A stretch of 63,791 bases of DNA, filler included, from Octopus bimaculoides (GCF_001194135.2; 7 parts of 7 records of this genome joined end to end with filler, not necessarily neighbours in it); one strand, 5' to 3'. Positions 13,336 to 26,655 are shown, counted from the whole stretch's first letter. Notes: a model not told the origin generated them from the sequence alone. Numbers and translations are program-made.

Positions 13336-14433
13336 NNNNNNNNNNNNNNNNNNNNNNNNNNNNNNNNNNNNNNNNNNNNNNNNNNNNNNNNNNNNNNNNN
13401 NNNNNNNNNNNNNNNNNNNNNNNNNNNNNNNNNNNNNNNNNNNNNNNNNNNNNNNNNNNNNNNNNNNNNNNNNNNNNNNNNNNNNNNNNNNNNNNNNNNN
13501 NNNNNNNNNNNNNNNNNNNNNNNNNNNNNNNNNNNNNNNNNNNNNNNNNNNNNNNNNNNNNNNNNNNNNNNNNNNNNNNNNNNNNNNNNNNNNNNNNNNN
13601 NNNNNNNNNNNNNNNNNNNNNNNNNNNNNNNNNNNNNNNNNNNNNNNNNNNNNNNNNNNNNNNNNNNNNNNNNNNNNNNNNNNNNNNNNNNNNNNNNNNN
13701 NNNNNNNNNNNNNNNNNNNNNNNNNNNNNNNNNNNNNNNNNNNNNNNNNNNNNNNNNNNNNNNNNNNNNNNNNNNNNNNNNNNNNNNNNNNNNNNNNNNN
13801 NNNNNNNNNNNNNNNNNNNNNNNNNNNNNNNNNNNNNNNNNNNNNNNNNNNNNNNNNNNNNNNNNNNNNNNNNNNNNNNNNNNNNNNNNNNNNNNNNNNN
13901 NNNNNNNNNNNNNNNNNNNNNNNNNNNNNNNNNNNNNNNNNNNNNNNNNNATATATATATATATATATACATATACAGAGAGAGAGAGAGAGGGTGGGGA
14001 GAGAGATAATGACGATGCAAATAAACAAATAAACATATATTTTTATTTCTATTCTCTTATTTCTAGGACATTTATAAAGAGAAATGTTCTTTTTATAAAT
14101 GTCCTAGAAATTTCACACTGTCTTGGCTTTGTTGTCTCATTTTATTTATCATATACATGTTCACACGACCTACATAACTCTTCACTCGTATTTTTATCGA
14201 GCCGGGAGTCTAACTGCGGCCCTCCGTGACACTTACATAGACTTACATGCCATTATTTAGTCTTCTCGATACCAGAACTTCTCATATATATATAATTGTC
14301 ACTAAATGTGGCTAGAGTGTTAAGAAACACCGACATTATTAGAAACACGAGCTAAAATGCTGTAATTGACGCAGACGAATGAAAGCATATACACTAACAG
14401 GGACTTGAAACGTCCAAAAATGAAGATCGAGAA

Positions 14434-14484
14434 TTATCAATACTGAAGTCAGTTTCAGCAATTTTCGTTGCCTCATCAGATAAG
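14434..14484 (-). ncRNA. Hammerhead ribozyme, family E
   Basis: Minus strand: UUAU-CUGAUGA-GGCAA(cgaaaa)UUGCU-GAAA-CUG(acuu)CAG-UA|UUGAUAA. Core, helix II and helix III are canonical. The first pair of helix I is U·U. Predicted cut between 14441 and 14440. Confidence 0.7.
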
Positions 14485-15837
14485 CCCGCCGATGTCGGCT
14501 TCCTTCGACTTTCTTCTCTATTAGAATGTTTTCGTCATCCACATTAATAGATGATTTAGCGATTTGCTAATGTGAATACGTAAGAGTAATTATAAACAGT
14601 TAATATAAACACACACACACACATATACAAGTGGCTTCTTACAGTTTCAGTCTTTCAAATGCGCTCACAAGGCTTTGGTCGGCCTGAAGCTGTAGTCGAA
14701 GAAACTTGTCCAAGATGCTGCACAGTGTATTCGAACCGGAAACCATATGGTTGCAAAGTAGGAAGGAAGCATCTTAATCACACAGCCCTGCCAGCAAACA
14801 TTTCTCTTCTTTGATGAAGAGTCACTCCCAAAATGTCATTTATCGCTTTTTCCCACTACATCTAATATTATCCACACTTATGAGCTTCACTGTGTGCAGA
14901 TTGTTGCTAAGGCAGATCATTACTAGTTTCTCTGTTGTCGTATTTTTTTTAAATATTTGTATATCATTGAGAGTGAATATTTGGGCTAAAATATCGGATA
15001 TCAAGAAAGGGACAGATGACAGTAAGAGAGAGACAGAAACAGGCGAACGTCTGACAGTATATTTCCATGTGTATGTTTCAGGGAGTGAGAGGGTGACAGA
15101 GAAAGAGAGATAGAGAGGAGGAGAGAAAGAGGGAGAGAGAGAGAGAGAGAGAGAGTGGAGTGATATAGGGAGACAAGAGTGAGATAGGGCAAAAGAGAAA
15201 GATAGAACAGGGGAGTATGGGATCAGCAATGAGAGCTTCATAAAATCGGATTTTTTTTTAAAGGAAATATCAAAACATTTGAAGCAAAGGTAAATACGAG
15301 ATTATCCCCCTGTTTTTACAAGAAGATTGATAACGTCAATGGCATGCAGCCACCATTGTTGGGATAGAAACTACTTCGCAAATACGAATTTCCCATGATT
15401 TAATTCTCCGTTGTTGCGTTCGTCATGCAAATATATAAAACAACGATTTATTACTCTCGCTCATAATCACAAATTTATAGGAAGTTGTATTGGTCAATTG
15501 TATCGATTCGAATATATTACTTCTACTTATTTTATCGATCCTAGAGAGATGAAAGTGAAAGTCAACCACAGCGCAATTTGAACTCAGAATTAATTACTAC
15601 AAGGCATTTCACCGGTACTTTACTGCTTCTGCCATTACCCCTCATACTTTTCACGCACAAAATAATGATTTCACATATAATCACAAGAACTGCACAGTAG
15701 TTGATGTTATTGTGTATTGTAAGGTTAATTATGACTGAGCAAGCGAATTATTAAAATCATGATGTTGGTGACCATCAATCTTGTTTAGACAATGTATCTA
15801 GGACATTATCCAGAGTATAACCGTTCTTACTTTAGAC

Positions 15838-16167
15838 CAGTGGTTCTCAGACGGGGTCCATATGGACCGTAAGGGTCTATTTAAGATTTTTTTGTGTGTA
15901 TGTGTAGGGGGTCCACGCAAGAAAGCAGTAAATTGGAAATCCACGAGAATTTTGCTTTAGATGTATGCATTGGCATGTATTGCAAGAAACAGGTTTTTTT
16001 CTCTAACATTTTACATAGTTCAACCTACACAGGTTAATGTGTGAAAAGCAAAGTAGGAATTCTGAAAGAAATTTCTGTTCTAGTTTAACAGAATGGCTAT
16101 GAGGCTCCACTAGAATAAAATAGCAATCAAAGGGATCCATAGATGAAACAATGGTTGAGAATCCCTC
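15838..16167. mobile_element. Non-autonomous hAT MITE
   Basis: Termini cagtggttctca ... tgagaatccctc (degenerate TIR). The 8-bp TSD is ctttagac (15830-15837) / ctttaaac (16168-16175). Confidence 0.8.
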
Positions 16168-17512
16168 CTTTAAACGACGGGGTCTGTAATTTCTAGCGCA
16201 CTATACAACATAAAGAGTCACTCGTTGACTTGAGGTTACAAAATTTGGTAGGCGAGTATAAGAGATAATATCAGTCTCACAACTTAATTATACACAGAGG
16301 AAACAAAATTAGATTTGGCCCTGGCGAAATTTTCACTAAGAACCTAAAAGATATTTAACTGAACACTATGTGATAATTTCCACGTGCTCCGGAGATTCGT
16401 TGGTCCATCACATCACAGGCATAATATGCCGTTTACTTGGGCTAGTGTTAGCTTAACCATGCTGCTTTTAGTCAAGCACCTCATTTGTTGCCTTTTGCAA
16501 GCTGAATGGGAGTGCTCATATGATCAGATAATTAGCTTTGTTCATTGGAGTCTAGGTGAAAATTGACCTCGGAACGTAACAGTTTGAGATGACATCTCGT
16601 AAGACATCTCATTGGGGTTCGAACAATCTAACTAAGTCTGGGATAATTGATTTCTTACATGGTAGTTACTTTACAGATATTCAAACGAGGAACCTCACCC
16701 CTTATTTGCTGTGAGGGCAACACAAGTACCGAAGAAAATGAAAGTATATTGACTAAGACAAACAATTTTGGACGTATATATATAAACAAAACGCAAATTA
16801 TAAAATATAAGACGAAAGCAATTTGAAGTATATATATAACACGTTGGCGCAGAATGGCTGGAATTCGAGTTCGTTCCCACTAAATAACTACTTCGACAAA
16901 TGTAATATTTATTGGCTCGTAGATGAGTAGCGTGGGTTGGCGTAGTTAGATAGCCAAACTGGCCTCCCTTTTTTCTCAAACGTAACATATATTCCAAATT
17001 TTTTTTGTCCCCTCCCTCCGAGGTGTACAGTTGCGTAATGTGGGATGTACATGGTATACTATCTGCACACTGTATGAGTGACTGGTCTCGATTCGACCCT
17101 TGTCTTGTGAGTGAAATTGCGTAGGCTGAAATTCTATAACCTATCAGGTGATTTAAAAGATACAACCTTGAATACATTAATATATACACACACATACATA
17201 CACATATGCATACATACATGCGTACGTACAGACAGACAAACAAACAAGTATGCATACATACATACATACATACATACATACATACATACATACATACATA
17301 CATACACACAATCTTGAGACATTAGGTTTCTCAAAACCAGAAAAGAGAAAACTGATTCAAAGACTGCAGATACAATCCATCACTGGAACTGTAAAAGTCT
17401 GTAGAACTTTCTAGAAGTTTATCATTTAAGTATATATGAGCATGTCTAGATATGCAACAATATACATGAAGATACATACATAAAACAAAGCATACAAATC
17501 TGCACATATACG

Positions 17513-17514
<2 letters not shown>

Positions 17515-17561
<47 letters not shown>

Positions 17562-17562
17562 G

Positions 17563-17613
<51 letters not shown>

Positions 17614-17622
17614 GGATAGATG

Positions 17623-17657
<35 letters not shown>
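17515..17657. repeat. (GATA)n microsatellite, representative of dozens of (TA)n, (CA)n, (CATA)n, (GATA)n, (GA)n, (GAT)n and (TAG)n tracts (e.g. 12398-12437, 18710-18790, 26858-26937, 43358-43597, 58195-58282)
   Basis: Direct reading. Nearly all gaps are flanked by such tracts. Confidence 0.98.
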
Positions 17658-17658
<1 letters not shown>

Positions 17659-18721
17659 CATATATCCATCCATACATACATACATGCAAACAAAAATAGC
17701 ATGTTTATGTTGCTTAAAATTCCAATGAAGGAGCCTTAGATGTAGGTTACAAACCGGCTCTTTCTCTGTTGACAAGAAATCTTGAAATAAAACTGAATAA
17801 TGAAATATATACATATGTACATATGTACATACGTACATACATACATACATACGTACATAAATCGTTACTAATCTAAACAATTAGTAGTACAGAAGAAATA
17901 AATTTGAAAATGTATAGATAATATATGAAGATTTGTTTAAATATAATATTTATATATACATGTGTATGGGTGCGTGCGTGCGTGCGTGCGTGTGAGTGTG
18001 TACGCGCACATTTGACCGGTTTCACCTTTGATTCTCAAAAGTATGTTATGTGGAGCTGTGTCGTAAATTGTGTCTTTTATAACTGTTGTTATAAAGATTG
18101 TTTTTTTTTTTCTTATAGAGAGACTGTGGCTCAGTTCGCTACCAATTTAGGGACAGATTGATTGGAGGATTATCACCTGGTGAGGTAAAGGAATTTCGGG
18201 TCAGTTTTCCACAACGTTCATGTATTAAGGTCATATGACAGTTGAGCGAGAAGGTCACGTGAAAGCTTTTGACCAGTGGATATGTCATATAACAGAACAA
18301 TAGCTATGAAAGGTAAAAGTCACATCCGAATTTAGGGCTGTCTTAGCCTGTTGTTAGTGTCCATGTGTTAAATTGAATAAAGTAACAAGCATCTCCCTAA
18401 ATCCATGTAGTTGACTACGATATGTGTGTATGTGTGTGTGTGTGTATGTGCGTATGTGTGTGTGTATGTGTGTGTGTGCGCGCGTGTGTGTGTGTTTGTG
18501 TGTGTTTTATATGCTGCGTTTATTTTTGTCACTGTTCTCAACGTTCGCTCACAATTCCCAACAACGCTTTTCACTGTTGACGCCACCAGAAATGAATAAT
18601 ATTATCTTTAAAGGCGTGAAATTGTAATGATTTTTAGACGATAACTGACGAGGAAAGAGCACATCTATGTCTTGTGTGAATTTTCTTTTCTGTTCCTTCG
18701 TCGATCTTCACACACACACAC

Positions 18722-18787
<66 letters not shown>

Positions 18788-20080
18788 ACACAGTCAGTTA
18801 CAGGGATCCAGGACTTGACAGATTTATTTTTTATCGATACCAAACATGCAAATTCGACATCGGTGATATTCAAAATTAAAAGCTCAAATGTATGAAACAA
18901 AATACCACAAACCACTTCTGAAATGCAAACTCATTAAATCGGAAAAAAAACATACACTCTTACAAAAGCAAGTCAAGGCAACTAATATTTGTAATTATGT
19001 TAAAGCAAAAATTAGAGAAAGAAAGTTGTATTACAGGAGCAAATGTCAGTTATGAAATCACGAATAATATCCATTTGACACGTAACTACTCAACAATTGT
19101 GTAAGCAGGTTTAATTGTTGAAAAACAATAAATCGATATAAAGATTGAAAAATTCAACAACGAATTCTATTTGGCAATTTAAGATAATATATGAGAAAAA
19201 AAAAAAACTGCGAACAAACTATTACACAAAAACAAAGCAAAAAATATCTAATTTCAAGTCAAGAGACGAATAATTTAATATTGACAGATTTGATTTTTTT
19301 TTTCCCTGGATGATTGAGGCTAGTCAAAATGTCTCTCACATTCAGGGTCAAAGGTGTCAAAATTAAAAAAGTATAACTAAATACAAAATATCAGTTCCTG
19401 CCATAACAATGCACCAATGGGGGCAAGTTTTATGCATTAATGTTACTCCATTGTCTCGGTCAGTCACAGCAAAAACATTCTCATTTTTCATTGAATCAAA
19501 TATTCGTTTGCAAGTTATTATTGCTGCCGATTTCGAGCCGGAGGTCAGCTCTGATCGAGCAGAACTACGATCATAATGTGTTCCAACCGTGACAATCCTA
19601 TTTTGTTTTTCTTTCTTTCAGACAGAGACTAACCATCAACTTCAATGTACTTTTTATTTCCTCTTTCGAAGATAGCGTGTGTGATTTGAGGGGAGATGCT
19701 TGTTATTTATACTGGTCGAGCGACCGCGTAAAGGTTGTTATATTTCTCTTGTTTAGTTCCCGATTAATTCTCAGTCAGTTCCTATAGGACCGAGAAGCAT
19801 TTATGATACATACATACATACATATATATATGTACATATATATATATATATATATATAAACACACACACACACACACACACACAAAATATGGAGGTTTAG
19901 TCCAGAGGTGATCTAAACGACTATGTTCGCTAGATAAGTGTTGTAACGGATTACCAGGGCTTTAAGGTTATCGCCGATTTCCGGTAGAGCGGATATATAA
20001 TTGTTAAAAAGGACCGCAAAAGTTAAGGCAAGACAAACATCTCAAGTCATACACGTTATTATTATTGGAAAAATTCGAAG

Positions 20081-20134
20081 ACTTACAGCTGTTTCTGGGA
20101 TATCCCAGAGTATGTGATATTCCGTCATCAGAGA
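20081..20134 (-). ncRNA. Minimal hammerhead ribozyme, family A, core intact
   Basis: Minus strand: UCU-CUGAUGA-C-GGAAUAUC/GAUAUCCC-A-GAAA-CAGCUG-UA|AGU. Predicted cut between 20084 and 20083. Confidence 0.7.
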
Positions 20135-20989
20135 CAAATAGGGTAAATGAGAAGGGTATAGATTAATGAAATGACAACACAGAGGACAGGAGAAAAGGAA
20201 TAAGGAAATGAATAAAGAAGAAAAGAAGAAGCATAAAAGTTCACAATTCAAATTTCCGATCATGTAGCAGTAAGTCCGTAAGTCCTTAAGTGCAATCCTG
20301 TGTAAATCCATATAGGTTAAAGTCCTAATAGTGTAAATATCCAGAAACAGTTGCGAACGTATCAACGTTCTTTAACAGAATGGTAGCAAAAGTGGCTATT
20401 AAATGGTAAAAAGAAAGAAAAATAAATAAATAAATAGAAATGGAGGGAGAGAGGGTGAGCGAGGAAATGAAGGATTGGATTTAAGGATAAAATAAGGTGT
20501 ATAAGAATATAATGTATAAGAATATAGTGTAGAAAAATAGCCAAAAGGATAAATAAATAAACATATAAGGGTAAATAAGGAGAGAGGAGGAGGAGGTAAA
20601 CAAAATAAAGCAAAATGAAAAGAATTCAAAGAGAATAGGTGCCAGTAGTATTCTTCTAACTTGTAGGGGTTGGAAGGAAATCTAGTAGTAAGTGCTTGTG
20701 TCTGTTTTATGGCTAATGTCAGTGGCTGTAGAAATATTTTTAGCAATGGGGGTATATATGTGTATAGATAGTTGTGAATGGAGAAACCAGTTGAATGTCA
20801 AATTATTTAGGTATAAGAGTTAGAATTAAATATTATGAGATTTATTAGGTTAAGGTTTAAAACAAATAAAAGAATTAACATTCATTTAAAGTGATGAGGT
20901 AAAGTTGATAGAAGAGATACACAGGGGTATATGTTAACGATCATGGAGGTTTGTATGTGAGTGTTATTTGTGGGGATGGTGAATTTACA

Positions 20990-21420
20990 TTTGGATTTAT
21001 GGAAGAACTTAAAAGTGCGGAAGAATTTGTGTTTACGCGTTGTGAAGGCTTCGTTGTGTTTGTTAAGCAACTGTGGTGAATTATGGGTTAAAATTTTGAG
21101 GGCTTCTTTTAGGCAGAGTCCACAAGTGGAGTGCTGGCCGTGATATGGGACACCAGAATCTAGTATAGCCCAGGAAAGACTATATTGTATTTTTCTATTA
21201 ATTAGATGGTGTACGTGGCTGGCTAGTGATGTGGAATTGCTATTCTCATTATATTCAAACTAGTTTAAATGTGCATAATATCTTTGCTTAAAATTTGTGG
21301 TAGGCCTGTGTAGTAGCTATTGGAGTTATCTACTATGTTGTGAACGGTGCATTGGTATACAACGTTGAATCTTCTACAATGGGCTTGCAGCAGGCAGTCT
21401 GTCCCAGATCTGCAGTTGCG
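20990..21420 (-). pseudogene. GIY-YIG endonuclease domain of the PLE (frameshifted)
   Basis: Cys-containing pre-domain (NCR..DC..HC), VVYQCTV/YYTGL, then after a frameshift NFKQRYYAH, STSLASHVHHL, SWAIL..PY..CGLCLKE, LLNKHNE. Confidence 0.85.
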
Positions 21421-21791
21421 GTTATCAGTTCTGCGATGGTTAGTTGGAGAGAGAGATGAGGTAGTGCTATTAGTGGACAAGCTAAAGGTTAGGGTAGTAT
21501 TAGGTAAATCGTTCATGATATTACTGTTATCATTGCCGTCATTTCTACTATCAATATCAACGCCACCGTTACCATTATTATCATCATCATCGGCATTATC
21601 ATTATCAGCAGCAGCAGCAGCAGTGGTAGCAGTATTAGTAGCAATGTTAGTATCAGCAGTAGTAGTGGAGGTGGTATTAGTGATGCTATTATTGAAACTA
21701 TTAGTAGTAGTGTCTGTGGTAGGAGTGTTAGCAGTAGTATTATTTTCATTAATTGTAATATTGCTGTTGGTGCTAGTATTAACATTATTGC

Positions 21792-21850
<59 letters not shown>

Positions 21851-23092
21851 TAGGTATTATTAGTTGTAGTGGTTATAATATAGTTAGTATTGTTAGTATC
21901 AGTGTGCCTATTAGTGCTTGCATCGGTTTCAGCTGTGCGCTCATTACACTCGAGGTGGGGATTATATTATGTATATTTAAGTTATTTAAAGCGGTAGGAC
22001 TAGGGTTTTGGATATGTTATTACGAGCGGTGTTAGTGTTTTCGTTTTGTAGGTCTATGGTAAGGTTGTATGCATTTAGATAGTAAGAGCTAAGTTTGCGT
22101 TTGTTAGATGAGATGATAATAGATTCTATATTTGGTGTAGAAGAATAAGATAATTTCAAAGTGGATCTGTTAAAGATAGAAAGATACTTGTGGTTACGTG
22201 GGAAATTAGAATCTGCTATTTTAAAGAATGCTTTAGCGAGGCCCTTAACGTTTAAAGCGAATGGAGGTGTATACCAGAGAACAGATCTCCCGCCGCTTTT
22301 ATTAGGCAAATTTGGGGAGGTGTGATTACTAGTGTATGTTAGAGGTGAGTTGGAAAGTTTGATATAAGTAGTCTTAGATGGATTGTTATGCGTGTGGGTG
22401 CGAGCTGGGCGAGATTGTCTAACCATAGTGGGAAGGTTTGGATATCCAATATGTCTGGACTTTAGGGAGGCCATAGAAGAGGCTGGGCTTGCATTTGAAA
22501 TTAGTGACATAAACCTTTTCTTTTTCCGTGAGTCTTTGACCGTATTGGAATATTAGAGTGTTGAGGTTTTTGAGTGTTTTTTGCTGTTTATAGTTAGTGA
22601 TTATTTCATAGAAAGAGTTGTCGTTTAGTAAGGAGAGTACTAGGTATTTGTAAAAATCTGTGTCCATAAGGACTACAGTACTACCTTTGTCAGCTTCTTT
22701 GATAGTAAGGCTTTCGTCCTGTTGTAAATCTCTTAAGTTTTTCCATTCTTTGCTGCTAAAGTTGGACTTAACCTTGGTTTTGGGTGGGGTAAAGAGGAAA
22801 CTCTGGATGTGATTGCAAAAATCGTCCAGTGCTTTGTTTCTTCCTTTGAATGGTAGGTGATTGCTTTTGTTTTTAACAATTGAATGTTCCTCATTGTTGA
22901 GGTCTGTAAAAGCTTCTGTTAGACGAAGCTTTCTGCAAAGTTCTGAAATGTCATCCTTGATCTATCTAATAATAATAAATCTCTCTAATAAAACACTTAC
23001 ACGAGCCCTAATTAACATCCAATCCAGAGGCTTGAAATTCACACCCTCTCCAAGAACATCCAACCCACCTGAGATCAAGGATGACATTTCAG

Positions 23093-23157
<65 letters not shown>

Positions 23158-23209
23158 CATACATACATACATACATACATACATACATACACATACATAC
23201 ATACATACA

Positions 23210-23245
<36 letters not shown>

Positions 23246-23750
23246 TACATAAGCACACACACATACACACGTATGTGCACCTGCATCACAAGTGTGCGTA
23301 TTAGTGTATATTTCAACAGCGCTGCTTCGCAGTCACATACTAGCTTTTCGATTATTTTGTTTTTATAGTTCTATAACAATTTGGTGAAAATTACATTGCT
23401 TCATGTTGGCTTCCTCCACAGAGCATGTTTTTATTTACCCTTTTGACCAAATGCCTTATATTGGCTAATAAAGAGTAAAAATAACTGGACTAAGCTTCAA
23501 CTGGAGCCAATGTTATTGCTTGATCAGCCATATATAACACGAAAGCATGTTATGAAAACAACTACTGGATGAACATTGTGATTGGTAGTCTGGTCGTGGT
23601 AAAATAATGACCATGTTTGAATTTTTCAATCACGAAGTAGTTGTTTTGAGACTAATGTGTGTTAAATCACATTCCATTGATATGTAAATAACAATATACA
23701 TATATATGTATGTATGTATATATTTGTGTGTACACACACACATTCACACA

Positions 23751-23792
<42 letters not shown>

Positions 23793-23943
23793 TACATGTA
23801 CATATACGTATAATTATATAAATGTATTATATATGTATATATGTGTGTGCAGTTATATACATCTCTGTGGGGGTTACAAGCGTGAATGTGAGCTGTGTGT
23901 GTGCGTACACCAGTAGGAATTTAAAATAAGTACAGTTTTTATT

Positions 23944-25185
23944 CACGAGTTGTACCGGGATTAACGTAAAAATGGCATTTTTTTATTAACTTAGATACGT
24001 CGTTCATATTGTTCATATTGGTGGAGTACGTTTTTTTTAGAGTGACATTTCTTCCAAAGTTTTTATTGCAAGCAAATGATGAGTTCCAAGCAGAAGTAAA
24101 GAGGCTGTAAAACAGTTTTAAGTGAAGGAGGTGTACAAGTCGCAGACATACAAAAAAAAAAACTACATATCCGTAAACAAGGCTATGACAATAGTAATGT
24201 GCATAAAAGGAGGAATTTTAAGAAGGGGAAGCCTGCCTTGAAATAAATCACGCAGTGAGAGACCGTCAGCATCGACTGCTGGTATAAATTGCCAAAGATT
24301 GGACGAATTGATTTGCAAAGACAGACGAGTCACACTCTGCATGCTTGCTGCATAACTTGACTCCGGGCGTAGTTCAATGCTGAAGATGGTGAAAGTCTTT
24401 AGTGTCGGAAGGTGCTTGGCTTGGAAGTTGACAATTGTTTTGAAGGAGAGAAGGGTAGAGGTTTGCTTGGATCTGGCGGAGGCGTTTGAAGTCAATGTAC
24501 ACAGGCACTTTTTCTGATTTATTGACAGGTGAAACGTGGAGGTATCTTTACAATCTGGAAACAATTGCTCAGTCCATAAAATGGCGTCACATATTTTTTC
24601 CAAGGGCTAGCGATCGGCATAGAAAGTCATAGCGACTGTTTTGGGGGGATGACAAGAACATCATACACCTTGATTTTCTAAAACGTCGCTGTACTGTGAA
24701 CACGAGCGGTAAATAGAGATACTAAGAAAACTTAGAAAAACTACAAGAAGGAAGAGCTCGAACAAGAATCTGAAAACAATTTGCATTCATCATGACAAAG
24801 CGTAACCACACAAACCGCCGGCAACAAACCAGGCTATAGGAAAATTAGGGTGGTTAGTTGTTCACTATCCACATTACAATGCGGATATGGTACCCTTCAA
24901 CATCTACTTCATCGGTCCAATGAAGGGCGATCTTAGGAACCCACAATTTCTTGTCACGGAAAAGGTGAATAATATTGGCAGTGAAGAAGGTACAAGTGAA
25001 TTTTTTGATAGAAGATTCACCAGTTGTGTTCAAAGACGGTGCAATGCACAGCTGGTGTTGCAGACTACCTTCAGTAGTAACGTTATATACAGGAAGAGTT
25101 ACCCGACGAAAATGTGCAGTTTGAACGATCTATGTCAGTCAAATGGCAATGATCAATTTGCATTATTTTCGGTATAACCTTCGTG
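23944..25185 (+). mobile_element. Near full-length decayed mariner (DD34D-type) transposon
   Basis: Degenerate TIRs at 23944-23966 and 25162-25185, span about 1.24 kb. Remnants: LTGETWRYLYNLETIAQSIKWRH (ITGDETW motif), a KVxATV-like region, a HHDNA-like region (catcatgacaaagcg) and a HP-YSPDLAP-like region. Confidence 0.8.
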
Positions 25186-25400
25186 TTCTTTTAATTAAAA
25201 GTGTAATTTCAGCCCAGTTACAATTACTGTCACGTCTTCAAAGATGTGTGTGCATGTTTGTACATAATACATACATACAAACATACATATGTGTGTGTGA
25301 GTGTGCGTGCGTGTGTGCGTGTGTGCATATGTAAACATATATATACACTTACATACATCCACACATGTATATGCATACATGTGTACATCTCTCTCTTCCC

Positions 25401-25466
<66 letters not shown>

Positions 25467-25690
25467 NNNNNNNNNNNNNNNNNNNNNNNNNNNNNNNNNN
25501 NNNNNNNNNNNNNNNNNNNNNNNNNNNNNNNNNNNNNNNNNNNNNNNNNNNNNNNNNNNNNNNNNNNNNNNNNNNNNNNNNNNNNNNNNNNNNNNNNNNN
25601 NNNNNNNNNNNNNNNNNNNNNNNNNNNNNNNNNNNNNNNNNNNNNNNNNNNNNNNNNNNNNNNNNNNNNNNNNNNNNNNNNNNNNNNNNN

Positions 25691-25731
<41 letters not shown>

Positions 25732-26320
25732 CATATACATATATTCCAGGTATATAATTGCATAAGTAATCATATATATGCATATAATATCGTGTGTGTG
25801 TGTTTAGTTGTCTTCCTACAGTTTCCTTTCATACAATGACTTATTCTCCCTTTTTATTCCTCTTATTCAACCCCTCTCACACACACACACACACTCTCTC
25901 TCTCTCTCTGTTTCTTACTGTTCTTCTCTTTCCCGATGGTATCCTCTGTTTACATTTCCCACCCTCACAACCTTCCTCATGGTTCCTCACCATCGTCACT
26001 TTTCTCTCTTTCGGTCTCTGTTTCTCTCCCTAATATTATTTTCCGTCCATGAGTTATACATATGACGCGACAGAAATATATCCAGCTACAAAATAAAGCA
26101 TGGAGTAAGTACATATTACATGCTGCATTTGGCTGTAAAATCACAGATTTATGATGAAAATCGATGTGATATAGAATATTCGATGTCGGAAACGACATTA
26201 TTTCTAGATTTATGCTCCAATTGACCCATATTTTTGTCAGAGTTTAGTTACTTTGTATGTTACATATGTTATGTTATGTTATGTATGTATGTATGTATGT
26301 ATGTATGTATGTATGTATGC

Positions 26321-26381
<61 letters not shown>

Positions 26382-26603
26382 GTTCGTGAAACATTCATAA
26401 CAACACAAGCTCTCAAACTCAAACAAATACACTTGTATGCATGCGGTTGTGCATGGAAGTATACACCTATACATTATTAAATATAGATAGATACATGCAT
26501 ACAATCATACAAGTATACCTAATTATCTACTGACCTACCTTCCTATCTACCTCCCTTCCCACCTACCTACCTGCCTAGCTACATACATACTTATATAAAT
26601 GCG

Positions 26604-26655
<52 letters not shown>

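Larger units (their letters stand above)
19885..23094 (-). mobile_element. Penelope-like element relic: N-terminal domain, RT core deleted, thumb, T/N/D-rich linker, GIY-YIG, 3' UTR and family A terminal repeat
   Basis: Minus-strand motifs: IKDDISELCRKLRL, LTIKEADKGSTVVLMD, FYGLPKV, VLWYTPPF..FPRNHKYLSIFNRSTLKLSYSSTPN, NCRSGTDC..VVYQCTV..YYTGL, STSLASHV, W..PY..CGLCLKE..LLNK. It has frameshifts and is flanked by (TA)n/(CA)n on both sides. Joining the HHR repeat (19885-20330) to this ORF is an inference from orientation and position. Confidence 0.85.

Noticed and set aside
26135-26200. AUGAUGA..aucga/ucgau..GAAACGAC
   Set aside because: The core C3 is missing and helices I and III do not pair.
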